Both the position numbers and the translations under genes were made by a program. The notes beneath the pieces are model-generated. The model ran no database searches and had not been told where the DNA came from. It saw nothing but the letters and a program-made list of their open reading frames with translations. A stretch of DNA of 64,000 nucleotides from Candidatus Bathyarchaeota archaeon (lineage in GTDB: Archaea > Thermoproteota > Bathyarchaeia > 40CM-2-53-6). Within the stretch, counting starts at the first letter, position 1; every line of letters starts with the position of its first letter. Shown here piece by piece: positions 19,890-28,800 of the stretch. The stretch covers positions 20,434-84,433 of the forward strand of contig VBBQ01000026.1 of NCBI GenBank assembly GCA_005888755.1. The letters are read 5' to 3'.

Positions 19890-20663
19890 TTGTCCGTGCA
19901 GAACGAAGAACGACAACATCGACATGCTCGGCCTCGACTAGAGACGTTGTCCGATCTGATCTATGGACTCTCCCTTTCGATTGGAGCGATCAGCCTGGTG
20001 ATAACCAATAGCACTCAATCAAATGCGATCGATATCGACAGGAACATCCTCGAGTTTCTTTTCGTCTTTCTGATCCTGATTACGAGCTGGATAATCTACA
20101 CCAGCGACATGTCGGTCTTGCCCATAGAGACCCGTCTTGTGACCTTGCTGAATGTTATTCTCTTGATACTGGTCGCGATTATTCCCTACCTATTCGATCA
20201 AGCAGTGTCCCTGATCAATACACCAGATGTGCAAAACTATGCATCGATCCTGTTCACGTTCGACTATTCAGGCTCTCTATTCATAATGGCCGGATTTGCG
20301 CATTTGATCGCGCAGGAAGAGGAACAACTCGTCCACAACGATCAAATGATACGATTTCGAAGAATCCGAAACAGACTAACAATCCTGACTTTCATAGTGC
20401 TACTCTCTACCGCAGTACCTTGGGACTGGCTCATCCTCGGCGTACACGTCAGACTCTTGATCGGGCTTGTGCCAATCGCCTCATTCTGGTTCAACCGTAT
20501 GAGGCATGCACCACTGGAATTCCCCGCACACCGAAATCTGCCTAGAACCATGTTCCGGGCGAAACAGGGAATAGAACCCGTTTGGATTCGGCCTCCGGCT
20601 TCAAGAAGAAATAATGACGCTCACATCAAACTTAGGAAGAATTCCAAGGTCCCCCTAGCTTAG
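19890..20663 (+). CDS. TMEM175-family potassium channel (DUF1211)
   Basis: RLETLSDLIYGLSLSI resembles the RxxxxSD TM1 motif; about 6 TM. Confidence 0.75.
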   Translation: MSVQNEERQHRHARPRLETLSDLIYGLSLSIGAISLVITNSTQSNAIDIDRNILEFLFVFLILITSWIIYTSDMSVLPIETRLVTLLNVILLILVAIIPYLFDQAVSLINTPDVQNYASILFTFDYSGSLFIMAGFAHLIAQEEEQLVHNDQMIRFRRIRNRLTILTFIVLLSTAVPWDWLILGVHVRLLIGLVPIASFWFNRMRHAPLEFPAHRNLPRTMFRAKQGIEPVWIRPPASRRNNDAHIKLRKNSKVPLA

Positions 20664-21394
20664 CTGCATCTAGCTTTTGTTGGATCGGGGGGTGTCGCTA
20701 TTTTCGAACTCGATGGCTCGGACACCTTAACGTGAAGCGCTTTCCAAGAAACATAAACTAAGGGGATAGCTAGCGGAAGCACCGATAGCATGAGAACAGT
20801 TGTTCTCAAGGTTGGAGCTGAGGGAGGCAATAATCCTAGGACGTCGGGCACGGTGGTCCCAATGCTTAGAACCATCATGATTATCGCAGGAATATAACCG
20901 CCTATTCTTCGGTAGTAGATGAGGATGAATCCACTTAGTCCTGTGGCGAGGACGTAGAAGTACCAGAGGGACCCGAGGAGACCGTAAAACTGGTTTAGAG
21001 GATATAGTCTGTCCTCTCCGATTCCCGGAATCAAGAGAATCGCCTGAATGAAAACTACTAGCAGAATCACCATGGCGTAAACCCGACCCTTGGCTGAGCT
21101 GACTGGACTCGGATCGCCGTTCTCGATTTTCGGGTTCAACCGTCCGAGCCAATGGACCCATTTCTGCGCCTCCAGGCTCTCCTTTGACGCGAACACTCCA
21201 ATACTCGTGAAGAAGAGCGGAAAACCCAGGATAAAGAAGAGCACACCCACGCCTGTTTCTGCTACAGTAATCATGTCAGCTGCATTGGATCCTACGAGTA
21301 TGCCCGCTTGGAAGATCAGCCATAAGCCGAAACCTGAGGATAGAGGTGCTAGTAGGAGCAGAACGGTCGCTATCTCAAACCTCTTCGGTATCAT
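20660..21394 (-). CDS. Hypothetical multi-TM membrane protein
   Basis: 244 aa with about 6 hydrophobic segments. Confidence 0.75.
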   Translation of the reverse strand: MIPKRFEIATVLLLLAPLSSGFGLWLIFQAGILVGSNAADMITVAETGVGVLFFILGFPLFFTSIGVFASKESLEAQKWVHWLGRLNPKIENGDPSPVSSAKGRVYAMVILLVVFIQAILLIPGIGEDRLYPLNQFYGLLGSLWYFYVLATGLSGFILIYYRRIGGYIPAIIMMVLSIGTTVPDVLGLLPPSAPTLRTTVLMLSVLPLAIPLVYVSWKALHVKVSEPSSSKIATPPDPTKARCS

Positions 21395-21535
21395 CTTTTC
21401 ATCTTTTCACCTGGCTATGAGTGCACGGGCAAAAATGAAGGGGTAGTCGCGACTATAGCAGGGCTGAGGCGGGACGAGCACATTGTTCAAAGGCGAATTC
21501 GCTTCTGCGTCCTTCTAGCACTCTTTGGAAGCCAT

Positions 21536-22747
21536 CTATGTTATGAAACGTATCTTTTCTCGTAGGCTAAAATGATCTGTGAGGCCGCAGGAGGCTTGCA
21601 GGGCGGTACGCATCAGCGTCTTGCTTCTGCCAGTTCTCTGAAGGACTCGCTTCCCCAGCCAATAATAGAACCTGCTCTCTGTCGTAGTGAACAGGGCAGT
21701 TCTTTCGGCTTGATTTTGCACGAACTCGGTTTGCTTCCGTCTCTCTTTCTCGTAATCTTTGAGTTTCGCCGCGGTGAAATCATTCAATTCAAAGCATCTC
21801 TCAATCGTATTTGTCAGAGCAAGGGCATCTTGCAAAGACAAGTTCGCTCCTTGGGCCCACGAAGGGTCGAGAGCGTGGACGGCGTCTCCTAGCAGGGCAG
21901 CCCGCTCCGAAACCCAGCTCTTCACATCAACCCTTCTAGCGGAGACACCAGCTACATCTCCCCAAGACCCAAGGTTGCTGAGGGAGTCGGAAACGTCAGG
22001 TTCAATCTCGGCGAGTTGTTTCTTGAACGACTCTATTCCTCTCAACTTGAACTCCGCCACTGTTCTGTTGGGGAGGTAGTAGAAGATGTATGTCGAGTCT
22101 CGCGTTGGAAAGAAACCCGCCATATTCCCTCGAGCGACATACTGCCTTGCTTCGAGCTGAAGTGAGGCGACGGGTCCTGCAAGCATGAGGAGAAAATGGT
22201 CAGGGTATTTTTTGACGCGAGCAGGTATTCCAAGCGCCTGCCTTACTCTTGAATTCTCACCATCAGCCCCGACAATAATTCTTCCGGAGAACATAACGGG
22301 AGAGCCGTTTCTCTCTGCCTCTACCAGAACTCGTTCAGACCGGTTCGATAGGATGTCCCGAAAGGACGTTGATTCGCAGATTATCCCGCCCCGGCTGGAA
22401 AACGCCTCCCGAAGGACAAGCTCGAGATCGCTAGGGACTACTGTCAGCAAGTGGTTGTGAGGGTGATCGAGAATGGAGTAGTCAAGTGTCGCGAGTGGCT
22501 TCTTACCTATCTCGTGCCAGGCTATCATGGCGGTCTTTGACCCTATTCTGGCAACTCGATCCAGAAGGCCCAGCTTTCTTACTGCCGCCAAGCCATTGGG
22601 CTGAAGGGTTAATCCTCTCTTGGACCGTGTTACCCCGGGCCTGGCCTCCAAAAGGCAAACCTTTCGCCCATTGGACACGAGGGCGCAACCTAACGCGAGA
22701 CCTCCTAGTCCCGCACCCACAATCAGAACATCGTAGTCCTCTACCAA
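21536..22747 (-). CDS. FAD-dependent monooxygenase (UbiH/MhpA-like)
   Basis: GAGLGG, VGADGENSRVR, LLGDAVH...QGANLSLQDA. Confidence 0.9.
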   Translation of the reverse strand: MVEDYDVLIVGAGLGGLALGCALVSNGRKVCLLEARPGVTRSKRGLTLQPNGLAAVRKLGLLDRVARIGSKTAMIAWHEIGKKPLATLDYSILDHPHNHLLTVVPSDLELVLREAFSSRGGIICESTSFRDILSNRSERVLVEAERNGSPVMFSGRIIVGADGENSRVRQALGIPARVKKYPDHFLLMLAGPVASLQLEARQYVARGNMAGFFPTRDSTYIFYYLPNRTVAEFKLRGIESFKKQLAEIEPDVSDSLSNLGSWGDVAGVSARRVDVKSWVSERAALLGDAVHALDPSWAQGANLSLQDALALTNTIERCFELNDFTAAKLKDYEKERRKQTEFVQNQAERTALFTTTESRFYYWLGKRVLQRTGRSKTLMRTALQASCGLTDHFSLREKIRFIT

Positions 22748-22915
22748 TTCCCGAACCCCCCCTGCTAGTTTTACTCGGACTATGGGTAAATAGCTAGTCG
22801 AGTTCTCTCCTTTACCTCGTCGAAAGCTAGACGGTCAGCCTACCACGACCGCTAACTAGCTAGGCTGGGTTCAGGCTTCTACGAATGAGCGGTTAGGTCA
22901 ACGACGTCTCGAAAC

Positions 22916-23704
22916 TCAGGGGGGAAGTTGTACTTGCGGGGGCGCCGACGGAGCGGGCATTTCCCCGTGAACAATTCGTTCTCTTGCGAGATAGTAAGCG
23001 TAGCCGTATAATAGTGCCGGAATGATTGAAATTACGCTCACGTTTGGTACATTGTTCAACACGAAGAATGTAAGGCTACTTGTCGAGATAGTCGAAGCAT
23101 ATCCGCACCCTAGAAGTATTCGTCCGCTACTCGTCTGCAGCGCGTACGTGAAGAGGACCTCCGCAATACCAAAGATGGCTATTCCGATCAGTACGGCAAC
23201 AAGAAACCCGCCGAAGAAGGATGCTGGTACCAGAGGGCCGCCAGGCGCGAAAAGCAGGAGTTCTGAAATGAGAGTGAAAATCGCTGCCACGACAACGACT
23301 GCTGTGGCTATTACGAAAATAATGATTGACAATAGGACGTTTCGAGCGTGGTCTGGTCCAAAGGTATGGCGTCCCAAGATTACTAATATTGCCCCAACTA
23401 ATTCGAGGATGACCCCGACTGCTCCAACAATTGGGATCCAACTGATGACGAATCCGATTATGAGTAGCAGTAGGCCGGTTTTGCTCCGGTCTATTGCATT
23501 GGCACGCGCGGTTTCATAGTACGTGGATAGGTATCCGTAGTAGGCGCTGGGAGCAGGCGTCACGGGCACCGAGGGCATCGGCGAAGGTGTGACAGTTTGT
23601 CCTGTGGGAACGGGCGCAAGGAGATTGCCGCATAGGGAGCAGTATCGGGCTGTTGCAGGATTATTGGCTCCGCATTTCAGACACGCTATCCCTGACAGGG
23701 ACAT
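22916..23704 (-). CDS. Zinc-ribbon membrane protein
   Basis: N-terminal CLKCG...YCSLCG, Pro-rich linker, multiple TM. Confidence 0.8.
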   Translation of the reverse strand: MSLSGIACLKCGANNPATARYCSLCGNLLAPVPTGQTVTPSPMPSVPVTPAPSAYYGYLSTYYETARANAIDRSKTGLLLLIIGFVISWIPIVGAVGVILELVGAILVILGRHTFGPDHARNVLLSIIIFVIATAVVVVAAIFTLISELLLFAPGGPLVPASFFGGFLVAVLIGIAIFGIAEVLFTYALQTSSGRILLGCGYASTISTSSLTFFVLNNVPNVSVISIIPALLYGYAYYLARERIVHGEMPAPSAPPQVQLPP

Positions 23705-23956
23705 GCCACCGGTATGTTATACGGTGGTGACGAGAAAAAAGGATTACTGGATTATTGATAAATAACCTATCTGGCGTTTTCTGGAATCCTGGAGGGGTAT
23801 TGTTTTGAATTCCCCCGATCCTTGATGGATCTCTTGGAATTGCCTACAGAGATACCGCTCTCCAGAAAAAATGGGGGCGCTCACATCTACCACATAGTCG
23901 GCGGTCGGAAGATGTGGGACCCTCGGGGATTTCTTCAACCGAGCCTAGTGTCTTGC

Positions 23957-24817
23957 CTAGAGACTGGTCGGTGCGAGTGCTAGCTGCGAGCTCGTGTCGG
24001 AGTTGCGTGTGACGGTTGTTGCTGCCTGTTGGATCAAGTCGCTGACCGCTGGGGCGTGGGATATCATTGAGAGGTGGGATGCTCTGACCTGTACTATGGT
24101 GGAGCCGGCGCGTTGTGCCATGAAAAGCTGGGCCCACGATGGGATTGCCAGGTCAATTGTTCCGACAAGATACCATGACGGGATTGTCTTCCATGCAGGA
24201 ACTCCTGACTTTTCTGGGAGAGCGCTGAGGGCAAATGCGCGTTGGGTGGATGCGAGGACTGCTCCTTGGCTGGGCGGGAGATCGTTGGCGAAGCACGAGG
24301 GGAAGAGGCTTTGTTTGACGTAGGTGTCAATGCCGCCGCTTGACAGTGGGACGAAGTTGAAGACCTGTGTCGGGTCTCCTGCAAGGCAGGAGGGTGATAG
24401 GCCGGGCGGGGGCGGGATGCTGGATAATTGTCCTAGCGATTCTCCCTGGTCAGGCGCGAACGCGTCCACGAAGACTAGCGCTTCGACGTTCGGGTTTCCG
24501 GTTGCCGCGTTTGTGATGACCGCGCCTCCATACGAGTGTCCGACGAGTACGATGGGTCCTGTGATGATGTGGAGGAAGTCAGCGATATAGGCCGAGTCGG
24601 AGGCTAGACCGCGCAAGGGGTTGGCTGGAGCGTAGACCGTGTATCCCTTGTCTTGGAGGAGGGCGATGACTCGGCTCCAGCTCGAGCCGTCAGCCCATGC
24701 ACCATGGACTAGAACGATGGAGGGTTTCGTGGCGGATACGGTATCGGATTTCGCGGCTACAACATACGCTGGAATAAGTATGAGGGCGAGGATTGCCAAT
24801 GGGACGACCTTTTTCAT
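23957..24817 (-). CDS. Secreted alpha/beta hydrolase
   Basis: Signal peptide; VLVHGAWADGSSW, GHSYGG, ASHLSMIS. Confidence 0.9.
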   Translation of the reverse strand: MKKVVPLAILALILIPAYVVAAKSDTVSATKPSIVLVHGAWADGSSWSRVIALLQDKGYTVYAPANPLRGLASDSAYIADFLHIITGPIVLVGHSYGGAVITNAATGNPNVEALVFVDAFAPDQGESLGQLSSIPPPPGLSPSCLAGDPTQVFNFVPLSSGGIDTYVKQSLFPSCFANDLPPSQGAVLASTQRAFALSALPEKSGVPAWKTIPSWYLVGTIDLAIPSWAQLFMAQRAGSTIVQVRASHLSMISHAPAVSDLIQQAATTVTRNSDTSSQLALAPTSL

Positions 24818-25013
24818 AATCTATCAATTCACCTCTCTTGCTGATGGCTCGTCTCTCGAACGTGGATAATTGATAAACTAGCAAGTGAGCGAGAAGATAT
24901 TCGGAGAAAGATAATGCAAGAAAATGAACGCTCCAGATTCCAGAGGAATCCTCTCATAGGCTGAATCCGAAAGCCTGTTAGACTCTTGACCACGGTCCAA
25001 GAAGCGGCAAGGC

Positions 25014-26132
25014 ATGACGACTGCAGGCAAGAATGGAGACAAGAGGATTCGTGTTGGCATCATCGGCGCCAATCCAGATCGCGGATGGGCGGCTGAAGCG
25101 CACATCCCTGCTTTGAAGTCGCTCTCTGATGACTTCGAGATCACGGCGCTGTCCACCAGCCGACGCGAATCTGCCGACGCCGCCAGGAAACACTTTGGTG
25201 TGCCTGTCGCGTTCGACAATCACCAAGACCTCGTGAACAGGGCTGACGTGGACGTCGTCGCCATCACCGTGAAAGTGCCGTATCACCTCGAACTTGCGAC
25301 GGCAGCGCTCGACGCGGGCAAGTCCGTCTATTGCGAATGGCCGCTCGGCAACGGTTTGAAAGAGGCGGAGACCTTGGCCGCGCTGGCAAAGAAAAAAAGC
25401 GTCCTCGCTGTGGTGGGGCTGCAGGCACGCTCTGCACCGTCAGTGGCTTACGCACATGACCTCATCAAGCAAGGCTACATCGGCGCGGTGCTCTCCACCT
25501 CGTTGATCGGTTCAGGAATGGGCTGGGGACCGACAGTGGAGCCGTTCAACGCCTACATGAACGACAAGAAAAATGGCGCGACGATGCTCTCGATCGCGCT
25601 AGGCCACGCGGCGGATGCACTGTGCCACTGCCTCGGCGAGATCCGAGAACTCTCGGCCACCATGACCATGCGCCGAAAGTCCTTCACGATCGCAGGGACG
25701 GACGAAAGGAAGCCGATGAACGTGAATGATCAGGTGTTGGTCAGCGGACTCCTCGAGGGCGGGGCCGCGTTCTCGATCCACTATCGCGGCGGCGTTTCGC
25801 GCGGGACAAACATGCTCTGGGAGATCAACGGCACCGAGGGCGATCTGCAGCTCACCGCCGCAGGCGGCCAAGCCCAGATCTTCGAGATGACCGTACAGGG
25901 CGGCAAAGGCGCGCAGTCCTCGCTCGAGGAGCTGCCCGCGCCAGAGAAGTATCGGTGGTCGCCACTGCAAGGCCCTTCCACCAACGTCGCCCAAGCGTAC
26001 GCGCTTTTCGCCCGCGATTATCGAGAAGGAACCCATTTGTGCCCTACATTCGACGACGCGGTCACGCGCCATCGCATGCTGGACGCGATCGAGACGGCCG
26101 CGACAACCGGTCAGCGCCAAACGCTCGGTTGA
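25014..26132 (+). CDS. Gfo/Idh/MocA oxidoreductase
   Basis: IRVGIIGA, VYCEWPLG motif; GC-rich codon usage. Confidence 0.92.
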   Translation: MTTAGKNGDKRIRVGIIGANPDRGWAAEAHIPALKSLSDDFEITALSTSRRESADAARKHFGVPVAFDNHQDLVNRADVDVVAITVKVPYHLELATAALDAGKSVYCEWPLGNGLKEAETLAALAKKKSVLAVVGLQARSAPSVAYAHDLIKQGYIGAVLSTSLIGSGMGWGPTVEPFNAYMNDKKNGATMLSIALGHAADALCHCLGEIRELSATMTMRRKSFTIAGTDERKPMNVNDQVLVSGLLEGGAAFSIHYRGGVSRGTNMLWEINGTEGDLQLTAAGGQAQIFEMTVQGGKGAQSSLEELPAPEKYRWSPLQGPSTNVAQAYALFARDYREGTHLCPTFDDAVTRHRMLDAIETAATTGQRQTLG

Positions 26133-26266
26133 TCCGGTGAGTTCGTTTTGAAAGTTAACCTAATGACTTCAGTGCTCTCCGACACGGTAACTCAACTCCC
26201 TATGTGGTCATAAATAGGCGGACCTTTTTTTACGAGATTTACGCCGAAACTCTAGGAGGTGAATTG

Positions 26267-26413
26267 ATGCAGAAAGACCCGGTATGCGGAATGATGGTGG
26301 ATGAGAAAAAGACGAAGCTAACTTCGAAACACGATGACAAGACCTTCTACTTCTGTTCGGCATCGTGCAAGACTACTTTCGACAAGGACTCCCATCGATA
26401 CGGACACGCATAG
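26267..26413 (+). CDS. YHS-domain protein
   Basis: MQKDPVCGMMVD...TFYFCSASCKTTF; strong RBS GGAGGTGA. Confidence 0.9.
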   Translation: MQKDPVCGMMVDEKKTKLTSKHDDKTFYFCSASCKTTFDKDSHRYGHA

Positions 26414-26477
26414 CTTCCCGCAAAAAGCGCGCCTAGTGCGAGGATGGAATCCTGATCGGGGTTGTCGCCAACGTCCC

Positions 26478-27059
26478 CTACCGGACCGTCTCGTAGTGCA
26501 ACATCACTTCGCCATTCTTGAGGGTCTTGACCGAGAGGAGCTTCAGGGTCTGCTGTTTGAACATCGGACCCCAGTAATGGTTCCCGTGTCCGAGGATGAC
26601 CGGCCATACTGCGATTCTGTAGTCATCAGCAAGGCCGCGCTGGATGAACTCGTGGACTAGCGAGGGGCCTGCGTCCACGATGATGTCCTTTCCCGGTTCT
26701 CTTTTCAGGCGTCCGACGATTCGCGTGAGGCTTCCTTTCATGATCCTAGTGTTCTGCCATTCTGTCTTCTTGAGGTAATGAGAGAGGACGATCTTCTGAG
26801 TACGGTCCAGGAAACGCGAGAACTCGAACATGTACTCTGGATCGGACTTCTTCCTCGCCGCTTCGGAGTGGACGGCCACGTGGCCTTCGTAAGACCGTCG
26901 ACCGAACAATATCGTGTCCACCGAATCATACCGGTTGATCCACATGTCGATGAATCCCTCGCTGGGTTCCCTCCGCGGAACGTCGGACCCAGGATACGTC
27001 GGGAACTCGCCGTACCCGTCAAGCGTCATGTACATGTTCACTGTGATCTTCCGAGCCAA
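26478..27059 (-). CDS. Dihydrofolate reductase / RibD C-terminal family protein
   Basis: MTLDGY, ILFGRRSY, PVILGHG, LHY. Confidence 0.88.
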   Translation of the reverse strand: MARKITVNMYMTLDGYGEFPTYPGSDVPRREPSEGFIDMWINRYDSVDTILFGRRSYEGHVAVHSEAARKKSDPEYMFEFSRFLDRTQKIVLSHYLKKTEWQNTRIMKGSLTRIVGRLKREPGKDIIVDAGPSLVHEFIQRGLADDYRIAVWPVILGHGNHYWGPMFKQQTLKLLSVKTLKNGEVMLHYETVR

Positions 27060-27228
27060 GCATGATCACTATCGGCGCGTTCAATCTCTAGCTAGATAAA
27101 GCCGACCAACCCCGTTCTTTCGAAAAGATAAGAGAAAGATCTCGTCACCGTCGATTCTGGACAGAGGAGTCCAGGTCGAGGGTGACAGAGAGCCTTTGTC
27201 ACCTATCTCCATTATCAGGTAGTATGGA

Positions 27229-27387
27229 ATGAAGATGATAGGCGAGCGAAACTGTGTGTGGTGTGGAGAGCCAGGCACTCGAATAATTCAGAGCGAAGAA
27301 TCGACCTTCGCGACGTTCTGGCTCTGCGAGGAAGATTATCCGAAGAGAGACGAACTCAAGAAACTGCGAAGGATCAGCTCGCATTGA
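27229..27387 (+). CDS. Putative small zinc-finger-like protein (not in ORF track)
   Basis: MKMIGERNCVWCGEPGTRIIQSEESTFATFWLCEEDYPKRDELKKLRRISSH*. Confidence 0.35.
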   Translation: MKMIGERNCVWCGEPGTRIIQSEESTFATFWLCEEDYPKRDELKKLRRISSH

Positions 27388-27557
27388 AGAAGCATTCTTT
27401 TCGCGATAGACCGACTCTAGATATGCTCCATCAGAAGACTCTGGGCGAGGGTTCTTTGTGTAACGTGAGCCTTGAGCGCGCTTGATGGACCGCGTAGGAG
27501 TGGCCAGTTACAAGACGATTGAATATGTCATGCTCATGAGCCAGAGAAGCCTGGAAA

Positions 27558-28058
27558 ATGAATACGAAGGTAATTGCAATACTCGTTGGCGCAATCGCGG
27601 TAGGGGCAATCGTCTTGGCAACTGGAGCGCTCAGCATTCCGCCAACCTCCCCGTCCACCCCTGCGAGGGCAGCGATTTACACAGAAAATATCAACTCGAC
27701 TTCCACCGTATTCCAAAACTCTACGCAGGTAAATGTCGATCTGTTTAACGATGGCAACGGAACTGCAATCCTAAGAGCTTACTACGTCGCAGACTCAGGC
27801 GGTAACGAATACTCGCTCACAAACTGGAACGGTCCGTCCGTAGCCCCGAATAGCCTGATGACAACGACATTCAGTATCGGTTCGAGTTGTGCACAGTGCA
27901 CTCTCCATGGTTCAGCATTCACCTTCACGAGCGGATACCAATACACGATAAAAGTCGTCACGGGACGCGGCAACATCTTCACGTTTACGGTAACTCAGCC
28001 TTCTGGTCACCACTACTCGATCCTCCTTCAAGTTGGATTTGGCAGCGTTGCTGAGTAG
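27558..28058 (+). CDS. Pilin-like paralog 3
   Basis: N-terminal hydrophobic helix; NDGNGTAILRAYYV...FTFTSGYQYTIKVVTGRGNIFTFTV. Confidence 0.75.
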   Translation: MNTKVIAILVGAIAVGAIVLATGALSIPPTSPSTPARAAIYTENINSTSTVFQNSTQVNVDLFNDGNGTAILRAYYVADSGGNEYSLTNWNGPSVAPNSLMTTTFSIGSSCAQCTLHGSAFTFTSGYQYTIKVVTGRGNIFTFTVTQPSGHHYSILLQVGFGSVAE

Positions 28059-28095
28059 GCCAGACCGGCATGGTATGCTCGACCTCGCGGTATAA

Positions 28096-28139
28096 TAGCC
28101 CGGGGGAGATTCGAGCGGCCGCTAGAAGAGAACGGTATA
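28096..28139 (-). mobile_element. att-site remnant: tRNA-Gln-like 3' end plus 24-bp arm (copy 1)
   Basis: Minus strand reads TATACCGTTCTCTTCTAGCGGCCG-CTCGAATCTCCCCCGGGCTA (T-loop, T-stem, acceptor stem, discriminator). Confidence 0.65.
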
Positions 28140-28221
28140 GAGAAACAACTGAGAAGTCAGCCTAGCGCTAACTCCCTTTTGCGGCAAAAGTGAATCAGAA
28201 GTACGGGTGCTTACTGAAGGT

Positions 28222-28512
28222 CTAAGGGTCTCGGGGTGAGTAGTCGGTCTCTTTGTCAGAAACAATGTGTTTTTTGGCGACTATGCGCTCCGTTTTCTCG
28301 ATTACCCTCTTAACTATGGCGAGATAGGTTAGAGCTTCATGAATTCCAGTTACTGCGAATCCCACACCTTGACCGATCTCCTTATTCGAGAATTTCTTTG
28401 ACATCCGGCTGAGTTCCTTCTCCACATCTTCCAAGTAACTCTTGCACTCCTTGATGGCTAAGAGAGTTTTTTCCGCTCTCTCATTCTGGGCCAGTTCGGA
28501 TGCCTTTCTCAA
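28222..28512 (-). pseudogene. Helical hypothetical protein, probably a 5'-truncated remnant
   Basis: Open frame extends about 110 bp upstream with no start codon (DSLDFFFVTRRTSDFGRSLKELGRVIG). Confidence 0.4.
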
Positions 28513-28800
28513 TCCGATTACCCTTCCAAGCTCCTTGAGAGAACGACCGAAATCGCTAGTCCGCCTCGTGACAAAGAAGAAGTCTAGACTATCGCCGCCG
28601 ACTTGCCAGCCCAGAGAACAATTCCACAGTTAGCTAGTCGCACCAGTCCGCTCCAAGGGCCGCCTACGTAAAGGACCTGTTCCCTGACGAATCCCCGGAA
28701 GAATTTCGAGTATGTTGCGATAATTAGCATAATTGTGTGGGGACTGTGCGAGACTGGTTTGATCGAATCTGGACGACATGCGGAGCTAGATCATTCAGCA

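Noticed and set aside
22846-22900. attC-like GACCGCTAAC...GTTAGGTC
   Set aside because: About 50 bp, inner arms do not pair convincingly, single occurrence
8055-27059. Two RibD/DHFR-like genes as a duplication
   Set aside because: Highly divergent members of a commonly multi-copy family
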